NCBI GenBank assembly: GCA_002269645.1
Contig: NIVC01003828.1
Location: 1-64,000, forward strand
Source of the DNA: Macrostomum lignano
Taxonomy: Eukaryota
Length of the DNA stretch: 64,000 bases
Reading direction: 5' to 3'
Shown here: positions 42,666-55,704 of the stretch, one piece after another
Layout of the letters: each line of letters starts with the position of its first letter
Numbering within the stretch: position 1 is the first letter of the stretch
The notes under the pieces: generated by a model
What the model saw: the letters and a program-made list of their open reading frames with translations, nothing else
Database searches by the model: none
What the model was told of the DNA's origin: nothing
Made by a program: the position numbers and the translations under genes

Positions 42666-43060
42666 TCAGACAGACAGACAGACACACAGGACAGGACAGG
42701 ACAGGACAGGACAGACAGACAGACACACACACAAGACAGGACAGGACAGACAGACAGACACACACACAGGACAGGACAGGACAGACAGGCAGACAGGCAG
42801 GACGGACAGGACGGACAGGACAGGACAGACAGACACACACACACAGGACAGGACAGGACAGGCAGGACAGACAGACAGGACGGACAGACAGAAAGACAGA
42901 CAGTCAGACAGACAGACAGACAGACATACAGACAGACAGACAGACACACAGGACAGGATAGGACAGACAGACAGACACACACACAGGACAGGACAGGACA
43001 GGCAGGACAGACAGACAGGACGGACAGACAGGACGGACAGACAGACACTAAGACAGGCAG
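42335..43060. repeat. (GACA)/(GGACA) compound microsatellite
   Basis: Directly visible. Confidence 0.95.
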
Positions 43061-43559
43061 AAAAACAGACTTATGAAGTTTATCCCTCATAGTCAGACGG
43101 ATGAAAGCGAAATTCAGAAACAGGCAGAGCGAAGAGGCACCCGAGCGAACGCGCAGTGGCACTCAAACGGGTCGGCAACCGGTTTTTGGCTCGTGTTGCG
43201 CTCAGCAAAGATCACGTTTCCCCACACACTCTCCCTTCTTCCCGATCCCTCACCCCGTCACTCTTACTCAAGCCAGCCAGCCGCTGTGTTTTTCATTCCC
43301 CTTCGCTTCGGCCCGATTCGAAATCCCCTCAAAACATTGTACCTGCTGCCCCACCGGAGCACACACACACACACACGCACACACACACCCGATCTCCGGT
43401 ATAGGTTTTATGAATATCGTCTCTCTGTTTTCACGGTTCAAAAGACCGAGCTAGCGCCGACAAGTTATGGTTGAGGGAGGCTTGTTGAGTCTTGCATAGA
43501 TTCAGAGTGCCTTACTAACTCTTGTGAGAACAGCTCTGAGCTTCAGGGTCAGCCGCTGT

Positions 43560-43890
43560 TGTCTTTCTGTGTCTGCATGTTGTCTTCCTGTGTCTGCATT
43601 TTGTCTCCCTGTGTCTGCATTTTGTCTCCCTGTGTCTCCCTATTGTCTCCCTAGTGTCTCCCTGTGTCTCCCTATTGTCTCCCTGTTGCTCCCTGTTTCT
43701 CCCTGTGTCTGCCTGTTGTCTCCCCGAGTCTCCCAGTGCCTCCCTGTGCCTCCCTGTTGTCTCCCTATTGTCTCCCTGTGTCTCCATATTGTCTCCCTAG
43801 TGTCTCACTGTGTCTCCCTGTTGTCTCCCTGTTCCTCCATGTGTCTGCCTGTGCCTGCCTGTTGTCTCCCCGAGTCTCCCGGTGCCTGCC
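43560..43890 (-). repeat. TGTCTCCC-type minisatellite, reverse complement of the array at 44310-45280
   Basis: CTGTGTCTGCCTGTTGTCTCCC (~43702) is the exact reverse complement of GGGAGACAACAGGCAGACACAG. Confidence 0.9.
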
Positions 43891-44148
43891 TCCGTCTTCC
43901 TGTGCCTTTGTGGGCAGCGAGACTCAGAGATTTATTGTATTTTACAACAAAAAATTCATTAATTTCAGGGTGCTGCAATCGAGCTCTTAACACGACAAGG
44001 AATTCAAATTAGGTGGCAGTCATGTCTGATGGCTTGTTATTTGCGAGTGTTACTCGATTCTTAATGGCCACTTCGAGTATGCACATTTTATCATTCAGTA
44101 GTCTACTGCAGACAGTTATTTAATGTTAATCCTGTGTCCTGTTGACAG

Positions 44149-47100
44149 GGGTCCATCCGGGTTCAGATGACAAATAATGGCGTTAACTATGTGTGTTTAC
44201 AGCGGATCACATCCTGGAGGAACGCCTCTGCAAAGGCAGCAATGACTTGCTCAGGCACTTGCCTGCACCGGACTGGGGCGGCAACTGTAAGACATGGAAT
44301 CTGGAGAGGAGGGAGACACAGAAAACAGGCAGACACAGGGAGACAACATGGAGACACAGGGAGACAGCAGGCAGACACAGGGAGACAACAGGCAGACACA
44401 GGGAGACAACAGGCAGACACAGGGGGACAACAGGGAGACACAGGGAGACAGCAGGCAGACACAGGGAGACAACAGGCAGACACAGGGGGACAACAGGGAG
44501 ACACAGGGAGACAGCAGGCAGACACAGGGAGACAACAGGCAGACACAGGGAGATAGCAGGCAGACACAGGGAGACAACAGGCAGACACAGGGAGACAACA
44601 GGGAGACAGCAGGCAGACACAGGCAGACAGCAGGCAGACACAGGGAGACAGCAGGCAGACATAGGGAGACAACAGGCAGACACAGGGAGACAACAGGGAG
44701 ACACAGGGAGACAACAGGGAGACACAGGGAGACAACAGGGAGACACAGGGAGACAACAGGCAGACACAGGGAGACAACAGGGAGACACAGGGAGACAACA
44801 GGCAGACACAGGGAGACAACATGGAGACACAGGGAGACAACAGGGAGACACAGGGAGACAACAGGGAGACACAGGGAGACAACAGGCAGACACAGGGAGA
44901 CAACAGGCAGACACAGGGAGACAACAGGCAGACATAGGGAGACAACAGGCAGACACAGGGAGACAACAGGGAGACACAGGGAGACAACAGGGAGACACAG
45001 GGAGACAACAGGCAGACACAGGGAGACAACAGGCAGACACAGGGAGACAACAGGCAGACAGCAGGCAGACACAGGGAGACAGCAGGCAGACACAGGGAGA
45101 CACAGGGAGACACAGGCAGACAACAGGGAGACACAGGGAGACACAGGGAGACAACAGGCAGACACAGGGAGATAGCAGGCAGACACAGGGAGACAACAGG
45201 GAGACACAGGGAGACAACAGGGAGACACAGGGAGACAACAGGGAGACAACAGGCAGACACAAGGAGACAGGGAGACATTAAATTAGTCAATCAACTCCAT
45301 CTCTAGCTTTCGCCCCAGTGCATTTCCAGTTTCCATTTCTGAGAGCACACTTATACACTCTCCTATTCCCTAATTGAGCAAGGATTCAGTTCTCAGAGAG
45401 ACAAGAATTTTGGTTCGAATTTCGGGCATTCATCTATCGAATTGAAATCCTGCGCCCCCCATTATTTGCTGCTTTTTATGCTTTTCCCCTCTTCGCTTCC
45501 TTATCTGTTTTATCTCAGCCGTTTCTTAAGTGCCTTTCTGCCATATTTTGCCATTAGCCTCCAATTTCGAGTCCGGAGCCGAGGTCGCGCTCCATTTCGA
45601 ATTTCATTCATCTCCTGGCTCTCAAGTATCTTTTTTTGTGGCTAATCTTCTTGTGTAACTCTACAGATATCGTTGGACAAATTGTTGCATCCTTTTGTTG
45701 TTGCCCTTTGAAAGAGCTCGAAACATTAACTCCAATGTTTACCGGCTCCAAGATTCATACATTTGAATATTCACAAACTCTTAGATTCACAAATTAGAAT
45801 TGATTCACAAACTACAAAATTCACAAACTGCAAGATTCACAAACTGCAAGATTCACAAACTGCAAGATTCACAAACTGCAAGATTCACAAACTACAAGAT
45901 TCATAAACTGCAAGATTCACGAATTGCAAGATTCACAAACTACAAGATTCACAAACTGCAAGATTCACAAACTGCAAGATTCACAAACTACAAGATTCAT
46001 AAACTGCAAGATTCACGAATTGCAAGATTCACAAACTACAAGCTTCGAAAACTACAAGATTCACAAACTACAAGATTCACAAACTACAAGATTCACAAAC
46101 TGCAAGATTCACAAACTGCAAGATTCACGAATTGCAAGATTCACAAACTACAAGCTTCGAAAACTACAAGCTTCGCAAACTACAAGATTCACAAACTGCA
46201 AGATTCACAAACTGCAAGATTCACAAACTACAAGCTTCGCAAACTACAAGATTCACAAACTGCAAGATTCACAAACTGCAAGATTCACGAATTGCAAGAT
46301 TCACAAACTACAAGCTTCGCAAACTACAAGATTCACAAACTGCAAGATTCACAAACTGCAAGATTCACGAATTGCAAGATTCACAAACTACAAGCTTCGA
46401 AAACTACAAGATTCACAAACTGCAAGATTCACAAACTGCAAGATTCACAAATTGCAAGATTCACAAACTACAAGCTCCACAAAATAAAAAAATTCACAGA
46501 CTAGAAGCTTCACAAAAAATCCAGAAACTACAAGATTCACAAACTGTAATCCAGCAGCTGCTCAAAGATTCAAAACCCTTAGCATTGAACTTCCAAACTG
46601 TCAAGAAACTCTGGCACACAGTCAGTCAGTGATCGAAATGCATGATTTTGAGCCGAATATAGTTAAGTTTAAGTGTATCTAGTGTACTAGATACACTTAA
46701 ACTCAGGTGAACCATTCGACAAGAGTAGCTACACGATTATGGTTTAAATCAGAAAAAAACTCTCAGTCCCAAACATGGCAGGCACAGGACAGAGTTCTCA
46801 ACTAGCAACCCTAGGAACTACAGCTAGGAGAAAGGGAAGCAAGGGAGAAGGCATTGAGTAGCGATGCAGTTTTAGCAAACAGCCGAGGACATAACTAAAT
46901 AGCGTTTTGGGCTTCTCAATCATTCCGTCCTCATAGCTGGTACTGTAGGATTTATTTCAACAAGAGAAGAGAGAAAAAACTCTTTACTGGGGATGAATAA
47001 AATCTCCCTGTTGCGTGAGAACTTGCTATTAAGGCTTGCTTAAGACTAAGGTAAGCGAGGGTGTATATTAGAGAGCCGTGAGTCGCGGTTTGGGTCTGTG

Positions 47101-47375
47101 ACGGCTGTAAATTGATCGCAAGTTTTATTATTATTAAATATTATTAATGCTGGTCTGATTTTGATACTGCATACATAGTGTTGTTACTAGTATTGTAAGT
47201 GCAGTTTATGAATATAAGATGCACTGACACTATGATGTGTTTGTACTTCTTGCAATGCTTTGCAATTCGTTCTGACGGGACCTGCTGTCCGATTGAGGTC
47301 CCACCTGGCTGTCACATCGCGGCGTTGTTCCAGTCGGCGGTCGAAACTATCGTGCTGTACAACGCCAAGACCTGA
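44149..47375 (+). CDS. Putative exons of a small Cys-rich (PAN/apple-like) protein: 44149-44286 and 47256-47375
   Basis: CAG|[46 protein letters not shown]|GTAAG joined in phase 0 to [39 protein letters not shown] gives a C-x3-C-x8-C..C pattern. The second acceptor reads CAA, not CAG. First exon uncertain. Confidence 0.3.
44310..45280 (+). repeat. GGGAGACA(A)CA(GGCAGACACA)-type 10-21-bp minisatellite
   Basis: Directly visible; source of the 290-367 aa repeat ORFs. Confidence 0.96.
45750..46560. repeat. 16-bp minisatellite CACAAACT(G/A)CAAGATT
   Basis: About 50 copies. Confidence 0.95.
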
Positions 47376-47489
47376 ATGCTGACGGACTCATCCGAACAGC
47401 AAGTTGACGCGGCGCATTACTAGGCTACAACCCCTCTTTGTGCAAGTTTGCAGACTGCTATTTGTAAAAAGATCATAAATGATGTAAAA

Positions 47490-48058
47490 GACCACCATGG
47501 TGCACAAAGACCACAATGGTGCTCAAAGACCACAATGGTGCACAGACCACCATGGTGCACAAAGACCACCATGGTGCACAAAGACCAACCATGGTGTACA
47601 AAGACCAACCATGGTGCACAAAGACCATGGTGCACAAAGACCACCATGGTGCACAAAGACCAACCATGGTGCACAAAGACCAACCATGGTGTACAAAGAC
47701 CAACCATGGTGCACAAAGACCATGGTGCACAAAGACCACCATGGTGCACAAAGACCACCATGGTGCACAAAGACCAACCATGGTGCACAAAGACCAATCA
47801 TGGTGTACAAAGACCAACCATGGTGCACAAAGACCATGGTGCACAAAGACCACCATGGTGCACAAAGACCAACCATGGTGCACAAAGACCATGGTGCACA
47901 AAGACCGCAATGGTGCACAAAGACCACCATGGTGTACAAAAACCACAATGGTGCACAAAGACCACCATGGTGTACAAAAACCACAATGGTGCACAAAGAC
48001 CACCATGGTGCACAAAGACCACCATGGTGCACAAAGACCACAATGGTGCACAAAGACT
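47490..48058. repeat. 18-22-bp minisatellite ACCATGGTGCACAAAGACC
   Basis: Tandem copies containing CCATGG and GTGCAC palindromes. Confidence 0.95.
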
Positions 48059-48507
48059 ACATGCACAATTCGCACGAGTACTGAGACTGCATTGCGACAT
48101 AAATAAAGGCAAACTAAATGCTTAATCAGTCAATTAAAAAAATTATAATCATCTTTCAAAAAACCATGGTTTCAAAAGTTGTTAATGCCTACAAAATATT
48201 TTTACTACAGCAAAATAAAAGATTGAATTGAATTGAAAGATTGAATTCCCTTGAGGACAAGCAACTTGTTATTAAATAGTGATATAATCTGTCCAATTAC
48301 CAGACTCAAATTTCAATCAGAAATCACTGCTAAGCCTGTCAGCTGAAGCATTTCCGCGAAAGCGAAGGAGAAGAAACTGATGAAGAAGCACAGAAGCCAA
48401 ATCTCAAGCCATCCTCCCTGTCTGTGCGCCCCCTATGTCTTTGAGCATTCTGTCGTTATTAAAATGGCTCCCATTACTGACAGCAGCTGCTCCAGTGTAT
48501 TGAGCGA

Positions 48508-48550
<43 letters not shown>

Positions 48551-49179
48551 CATGTAATGTCACAGTGGCCTTTTTCGCCCAAAGGCAGTCAGTCAGGGGG
48601 GGGGGGGTTGCTCGAGAAGCTCGAGAAGAAGCAGAATTCAATACGATTTGGATCCTGGGGGGGGGGGGAGAGAATGAAAAAGCAGGTCTTTATACCCTTT
48701 TCTTTTGCCCGATGGAAGAATCCCCGTTTGTGAAGCCGGCTGGATGCAGCGGCCCGCACGCATCGATGGGTCGAGCAAGAGAGATGAAATAAATCGATTA
48801 TTTTAACGGGGGGGGGGGCAACCGTCCTCCATTGCAGACCCGCCGAAAAGACCAGTTGCTTTTTGCGGCAGAAAAACCATCTCAGATGCAGAGCAAGATG
48901 GATTTTAAGTCAAGCGAGACAAATTTAACTAAGCTAATAGAAAATCGGTATGAGAAGGGATATGAGATGGGGGCTTAGAATTGGCTTAAGCTTATTGATT
49001 TCGCTAAGCACAATGTCCCGGTAAGTCTCTAATTTCCCCAATTATTAATAGTCGATAAGTTGTGAGGCCAGGGCAATCTAATTGAGACAAGAGAGAGCTT
49101 CGAATTAATTTGAAAACGTTCGATTCAAGATTTCAAGTTTGACGAAACTTCGATTAAAGCTTTGGTCTCGTTTTGTTTT

Positions 49180-50260
49180 GTTTCAGAATTTCAGAATAAA
49201 GTTCCGAACAATTTTAGAAAATGCAGACGTTTTTAGTACTAATCTCAGCTTAAGGAAGAGCAGCTCGGTGATAAGTGTCTGGCTCTTGCGCCATGCTGGA
49301 CCACTGGTTCCATTCGGAATTCCGTGCGCGGTCACATTCATTAGCCGGGGGATTGTCGTGTGATTCACAGCCACAATTATAGAAATTCAGGGCCGGTAGT
49401 GCGATTTTGTGCTCAGGAGTCAGCGAAATTGGGCAGAATCTCCTCAGTGGGAAGATGTTGAATCTTTCTAAAAACCACTGTAGAGAACACAACAAATGCA
49501 CTTAAGGTTTTTTCAGGTTCCAAATAATCTCTAAACTACATAAATATTGTTGAAGTCTTTTAAGGGCCATCAGTCTAGTTAAGTCGGCTGATCTGTCAAA
49601 GAAATAAGAAAGAAAACTGCTTAAAAAGATGGGCAATGATCTTTTTTTGAGTAGGATATTAAGGATGCCCGGCCGACTGTGTATTTTGATGTGAGTCAAT
49701 CACTCGACCGTGGACTGACATGAAAGCGCGCTTAAACACGGGATTAAAGCTCTCGAACCTCGACTATAGTAGCTAAGTATCTCGAATGCAACAGCGATTT
49801 CAGTTATCGCATGTAGTGAATTCCTTGCTCACAACATGCAGCCATTTTGTAATGGATTTAATGGGCTTACTTCAGACCCTATTTTTCGCTTTGATTCCTA
49901 ACACAATTTCGACTTTTAAGAGGCCAATTTTTTCACTGCTCAGCGTGATGGCCTGCGAAATTGGGAGCGCACTGTATGCAATATTTCAATCATCTTGCCA
50001 AGTCAGTCCCTTTGATCATATTTTCTCGATGCTGTGCTGCAAAATCCCCGTTCCACGCTCTACATGCGGTTGTGCCTTTGATTTTTGACTGAACCGTTTT
50101 TTGAGCCGAGTCCATGTCTGACTCTTCTGTTTAGAATGTTGAATGGCGATGTTAAGACTAGAAATCTGAAATGAATCATTCTCATAAAAAAGCACCGATC
50201 GAGATAAACAGAAGAAGACAAAGTGCATTTCTTTGGAGTTCTTAGTCACGCGAGACACAT
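49180..50260 (-). mobile_element. Heavily decayed Ty3/gypsy pol remnant (RT to RNase H)
   Basis: Minus-strand fragments GILQHSIEKI*SKGL..WQDD*, ITLSSEKIGLLKVEIVLGIK..KPIKSITKW and LQWFLERFNIFPLRRF..PEHKIAL parallel IFQRxMxxIL/YLDD, ITLNxxKC..FLG and WACEKFxxYL..TDHKPL in the correct order, with stops and frameshifts. Confidence 0.55.
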
Positions 50261-51736
50261 ATTGAGTTATTTATTTATACTTTCCAATCGAAAAATTCGA
50301 TTTTAATTGAAATTAAAAAAACAATCAATTCTCAATTGCTGTTTTTTGACAACTTTAAAAAGAATGGAAGGCACTAAGGAACAAAGAATAAAGTTTAAAT
50401 TTTACTAACGGAATATTATACGTCGAATATGTACATTGACTTGCTAAATCGATATTTCATCGCCTGATACGATCGTAAAAGTGTACATTGACAGTCCATT
50501 CCATCCACACTTCGCGTATTAGAGGCAGGAGGCTGTGTACATCGTCACACGAGACTGGCTAGAGGCATTACTGCTCATTTTGCCGACTCCTCTGACCAGA
50601 CAGTCATACCGCCCCAAATGTACAGTGATGAATTTACATTGTCCCACTCCGCCCCCTATCCACCCCATGCGGTGGCCTATTCTGTTTGTAAGATGGCGTT
50701 AGGGGGATTGAGGAGCGAGTTAGCGGAAAGATGAACAGGACCTCCGTCACTAGGCTTCATCTAAGCGGCGAAATCCCAGAGCGACAAAGCTGCTGCCAAC
50801 GGGGTACAAGGAATGGCTTGAATGGCAGATGCTATAACTCCTTGGTGAAATCAGTAAAACAAATAAATATATTGAGTCAACATAGATGCATCAGTGTTCT
50901 AATTCCTAAAGAGACGTCTGAAATTACTAAAATAGGTTAATTAAGCATTCTTAATATGCTGTAACGTCAACGGATTACCGTTTACTCACGATCGGTCGTT
51001 GACATTTTAGCGAAAGCATGTTAAAAAGTTAAGATGATTTTAACGCTTTTATCATTAACGGAAATTGCACGATTGTTAATTTACGATGCCCAACACACTG
51101 TCATCGCTATTTAAAAGCGACAAAAGAGCGCCCAACAGACGCTAATAAGACTTGTGGTTACAATACGAATCGAAGAGCGACGTGACGACTTGATGTTGTG
51201 ACAGCCAGTAGCGTAAGCCATCATTGCTCTGGTCTCTCTTGTCTTTGCTGACTTTTCCGAGTAGTTAAGAGGATTATTAAATTCCCAAGGTCGCTAATTC
51301 GCATCCCCCCGTGACTCTGGATAAATCTACATCGACTGCAGTCCACTCCATCCATCCATTTCAAGTGTGCTGTCACGACTGGCTACATCAAATTTAGCAA
51401 TGGGAAAATCGAGTGTCTCTAATATTCCATATTTCGTTTACCCTGGTACCTTTCAATTCACTGTCACGCAAGCATTGAGCCCGCATTCTTTGGCTCGAGA
51501 TCCTCCGAGGGCTACTGGTGCTAATCTGTTGTCAGATTTTTTCTCTGGCAATTCCGCATGAAAGCGATACTGCAGGCATGCAAGAATGAGGATTTTTTCC
51601 CTAATCCCCAATTATCAAGAATGCGTTGTCAAAGTCTCGAAGAGAATGGTTTTAATTGATGGAAAAATGATTTTCATGAGCTCGATTCCATCAGTATTCT
51701 AATTAAGCTCTCTGTCTGAATCTGATCTCCTTAAAT

Positions 51737-52200
51737 TGGCATCGAGCAAGGAGTCCTAGAACCTGGACTAACAGTCCCTGGTTCGATTCCGTGCGCGGCC
51801 ACGTTTATTTGAGACTTGTGCACAAAAAATAGCCCGAGGGGTTGTCGTGACATCAAGACCCAAATAGTTAAGCCCCCAGGCACAGATAGTGTACATGCCT
51901 GCCGATTAGAAAGTCAACGGACTGCTGTAAACTCTATGTGAGCGTGTGTAGCTGCAGGGTCCACCAACCGGCTGATGCAGCGTGTAGGCGGGAACTATAA
52001 CTTCCATGGAAGTGATGTCGCTCGGGGGGGACCCGTCGGTCTCGCTTGCAGTGCGGTATTGTATTCCTCACCGGCGGTATGCTCTTGGGCTTGCAACCGT
52101 CAGAAAGAACCGGGTTTGGCCCGAGGTGAGTGAGCCTGCCCCTCGTGAATACCGGGCATTGGCAGATAATTTGCTAATCTATTGTACTATTAGCAGTAAG
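51737..52200 (+). mobile_element. tRNA-derived SINE-like element
   Basis: A-box-like TGGCATCGAGCAAGG (~51737) and B-box GGTTCGATTCC (51780-51790), ending CGGCCA, followed by a GC-rich body. The body segment AAAGTCAA..GCTGT..TGTGAGCGTGTG recurs at ~14610-14650. 3' end not defined. Confidence 0.45.
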
Positions 52201-53899
52201 TAAAGTCTATGACTCTGGTGGAAAGCAGTCTTCCTTCCAAGAATACGCTCGTAAGTCTGCCGATCCAGTTAAAAGTAAAGCAAAAGCCGACAAGCAGGCA
52301 AGGATTTACGATACTGAAAAGGTGCCGCGGTATCTAAACTTCCTACTCGTTGAGACGAAGGATAACCATCTATTTCCACGGCCACTAGTAAACTCTACAA
52401 ACGGCAGTCCTGTGTTTTCAACGAAACAGAATCGCGGTGTAAACTATCTTGTTTGATTTATGCATAACTTGAGCGAGAAGGCTGGTCTATCAAAGATGTA
52501 TTCTAATCACAGCATCAAGTAATATAAATTCTATTGATCTAAAAAATCTCTGTATCTTAGACAAAGCATGCTAACCTGATCCTTGTTCATATACCAATAT
52601 GGATGGGCTGCTTAGGACAGAAATGAGCGAAACGGTCGAGGCGCGGAGCGCCGAGGCTGATTCACTTATTTCTGCCCGTAGCAACCTATCCATATTATTA
52701 TGTAAAAGATGAAGCACGCTTTTCTGGGCACTATTTTTTCGAGTTGTATAATCTGGCCCCAAAGAATGGCACCAGGGCAGACAGTGTACCCAGCAGGATC
52801 ATCTCCAACTACGACTGGAAGCCCCCATCTGTGAGAGTCAAGGATGCACCCGAAGCCAACGCGATGTTTCTTCCCGATGTTACGGTTTAGAACCTCCGGG
52901 GCTCCGGCCAGTTTTGGGTTGCCGATCCGGAGACTGCAAACGGGCTGGGATCTCCGACCGGAGACTTTAAAGGGTGTAAGATCTCCTTCGGAGACTACAA
53001 ACGGTTATGGGTCTCCGCGATAGGAGATCCGTAAAAACCGTTGTGGGATCTCTAGGGCATGGTCAGTTCTCCCCATCCGGAGATCCTAAACCAGATTCTG
53101 TTGTCCCCTCGGAGATTCTGCACCGTTTGCCATGTCGAAAATTATAATATTTAGCTTTTTATTGTATATGGGAACCTTCTCTTAACCAACATCGTCAGTA
53201 ATTTTTCCATTTCAAGGCATTTTCCAAATGAGGAAGTAGTTTTCTATGTAGCTCGCAAATTTCGCAGCCGTCATGCAGGGCCATGTCAGGGAAAAATAGC
53301 AAGCTTTGGTAAATAGGAGTAAATGTGTTGTCAGCACATTTTTTCGCAATACAATTGTAACAAAAAACTGGAAATGCTCTTTTTCCCTCATACGCCTCTT
53401 TAAATTGCTTTTCTCTCTGGCGTTCAGTTCGACAAGGACTTGTGCGTGGTCATTGTTCAGTACATGGAGAATATTTGATTACAAAGTAGCCAAATTAGAA
53501 ATTATTATTACTATTATTATTACTATTAGAAAGTAAGAAAATCACAAACTGAAAATGGCTCATCATATGCCTTCACTGCTTTTATACGAGCTACAATTTG
53601 CAATTTTTTCACTTTTCGCCCTCAATGGCTCATTCCTTCCGCCGTCAAATTACGCAATCAAATCATTCGACTTACGAGTACGAGTACAGTACAGTACATA
53701 CAAGACGACAAACAAGTCTAACCAAGCCTAAATTTAGCCTCACTTGATTGATGGGCTGTGTGACGGGGCGTATGAACTAAATAGATAAACTTATCGAAAA
53801 AGTTGCGCTAGCTAGGCTGCTCACATGCTGGGCTTTTTAAAATCAGAGAAATTTAATATAGCTTTTATTTTCTAAGATAACAATACTCCGGAGAGTCTA

Positions 53900-54435
53900 G
53901 CATGGCGGTGATCTCTAACCTTATCTTATGTCGGGGTTTCTGATATCCATGCGGGCGATTGTAAAATCGCGTAATTTTTCGTGTTGGATCTCCGGGCCGG
54001 AGATCCTTACACCGGGACTGAAGTGTTCGTGAAGCCAGCGAATGCTCGGTGCACGGAAGAGTGGCCACGCGGCCAGGTGACGGGTCCAACCGGAGGCGTA
54101 TCGGTGGAAGTCAACAGACTACTGCGCCATGTGGCTGACATCCGCCCCGTGCCTAGTACCCAGCCGCAGCCACCTGGAGTCGGCAGAGCGCAGGAGTGCG
54201 AACCTCGGAGGTCGAAGCGCAGGAGGTCGGCACCCCAGCGCTATATGCACCATCCTGACATGTGATCTTGAGATCAGGGGGAAATATTGTACTTTAACTA
54301 CTGTTGTCTTTGTTACACCGTTGCCGTTGCTTGTTGCCATAAACATCTTAGTTCTGTACTACGTTAAATTGAGCGTGCGCAGCGCAGCCTTCGCATTAAA
54401 TAAACCTTCTGCTCTGCCAGCGCTCTGTAACTACA
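53900..54435 (+). mobile_element. 3' end of a Ty3/gypsy LTR retrotransposon: integrase C-terminus, PPT and LTR (54288-54435)
   Basis: VFVKP..WPRGQV..SVEVN..RHVADIR..PRRSKRRRSAPQRY* (stop at 54265). Purine tract AGGGGGAAA precedes TGT. AATAAA lies inside the segment, which ends TGTAACTACA. Confidence 0.75.
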
Positions 54436-54628
54436 CAAACTACAAAGGGCCGAGGGCGCCAAGTAAATATTGCCCGGAAAATAGAGTGCTTTATCTCATA
54501 TTGAGCATGTTGGGAGCCTCATAGATTTTCCGAGCATCAAGTAAATAGTGCCCGGAAAAAATTGACTGCTGGGTGCAGCTTATGTCTATGGCCAAGTTCG
54601 AAGTTAACGAGTATGTACGAGTAAGCTA

Positions 54629-55657
54629 CACTTTTTTACTTCCAATTTTGAAAAACATGCTCTCAAATATTGAGATCTTGGCATTCAATTTTGACAGTCT
54701 GTGGTATCGCTTATCGAAATGTTCAACCCATTTTGACAAACTCAGATGCAATAATCACAATTTTCAATCGAAAATGACGAACTCCAAACTTTATTAAAAA
54801 TTAGCTAGCAATTTTGACAGTGTGCATTCAATTTTGACGCTGGGGTAAAAAACAGTGCCTTTGTCCTGCCGTCTATGGAACATAACTTGCGTATGTGCAT
54901 CAATTATTTGACAGAGTGCATCCAAAAGTGTCACATTGTATCAGTACAAATTGAAACATTATTTTGATGTCTTATTACATTCTGTATGGCAGGTCTGCGA
55001 GTCAACTCCAAAGTTAGCGACGACAGGAGCCGGTTTATTGCTGCCTATGAGAATGGTGACGACTTTTTTTCACTTGGCTCGTGCTTTGGGGATCAAAGGA
55101 ACCACAGCGTATGCAGTAGCAGTGTAGCAGTGGACGAGTATAAAGCTGCCAAAAGGAGGTCAGACATTCAGACGAGTTGATCAGCTTCATGATCATGGGG
55201 TTCATGAAGAACTCGATTGATCCTTCATCTAGTCTTGCTATGGATGGGACCTGGGTTCGGCGAACACTCTCCGGGGCGATTGGCCACGGCGAATTCTCGC
55301 CAGGTCAGTCAGGGCGCGTATGCCCGGCTAGGGTTCGGATTGGAGCTATAACTGTCACTTTTGAATGCAGTCTGTCAAGAAAAGATGCACATATACAAGT
55401 TTTGTTCCATAGACGACAGGACAAAGGCACTGTTTTGTACCCCAGTGTCAAAATTGAATGCACACTGTCAAAATTGCTAGCAAATTGGTAATAAAGTTTG
55501 GAGTTTGTCATTTTCGATTGAAAATCGTCATTATTGCATCAGAGTTTGTCAAAATAAGTTGAAAATTTCGATAAGCGATACCACAGACTGTCAAAATAGA
55601 ATGCACAGATGTCAACATTGAGAGCATATACTTTTCAAAATCGAAAGTAAAAAGGTG
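54629..55657 (+). mobile_element. Internally deleted IS630/Tc1-type transposon with ~305-bp TIRs and TA TSD
   Basis: TA|CACTTTTTTACTTCC..GAAAGTAAAAAGGTG|TA. Arms 54629-54935 and ~55352-55657 are imperfect reverse complements with repeated ATTTTGACAG motifs. Spacer encodes DDRSRFIAAYENGDDFF/(frameshift)HLARALGIKGTTAYAVA, an HTH. Confidence 0.8.
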
Positions 55658-55704
55658 TAGCGAGCTGAGATCATAAAAATATAGTCTGTGGGTTGCAGCT
55701 TATA

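Noticed and set aside
44187-45290. 290-367 aa ORFs on both strands
   Set aside because: Products of the GGGAGACA minisatellite; only 44149-44286 is unique sequence.
45800-48125. Repeat-rich ORFs (KLQDSQT.., MVHKDHHG..)
   Set aside because: Translations of the 16-bp and ~21-bp arrays.
51737-51802. Functional tRNA gene
   Set aside because: The B-box is good but no convincing acceptor or anticodon stems could be paired; treated as a SINE head.
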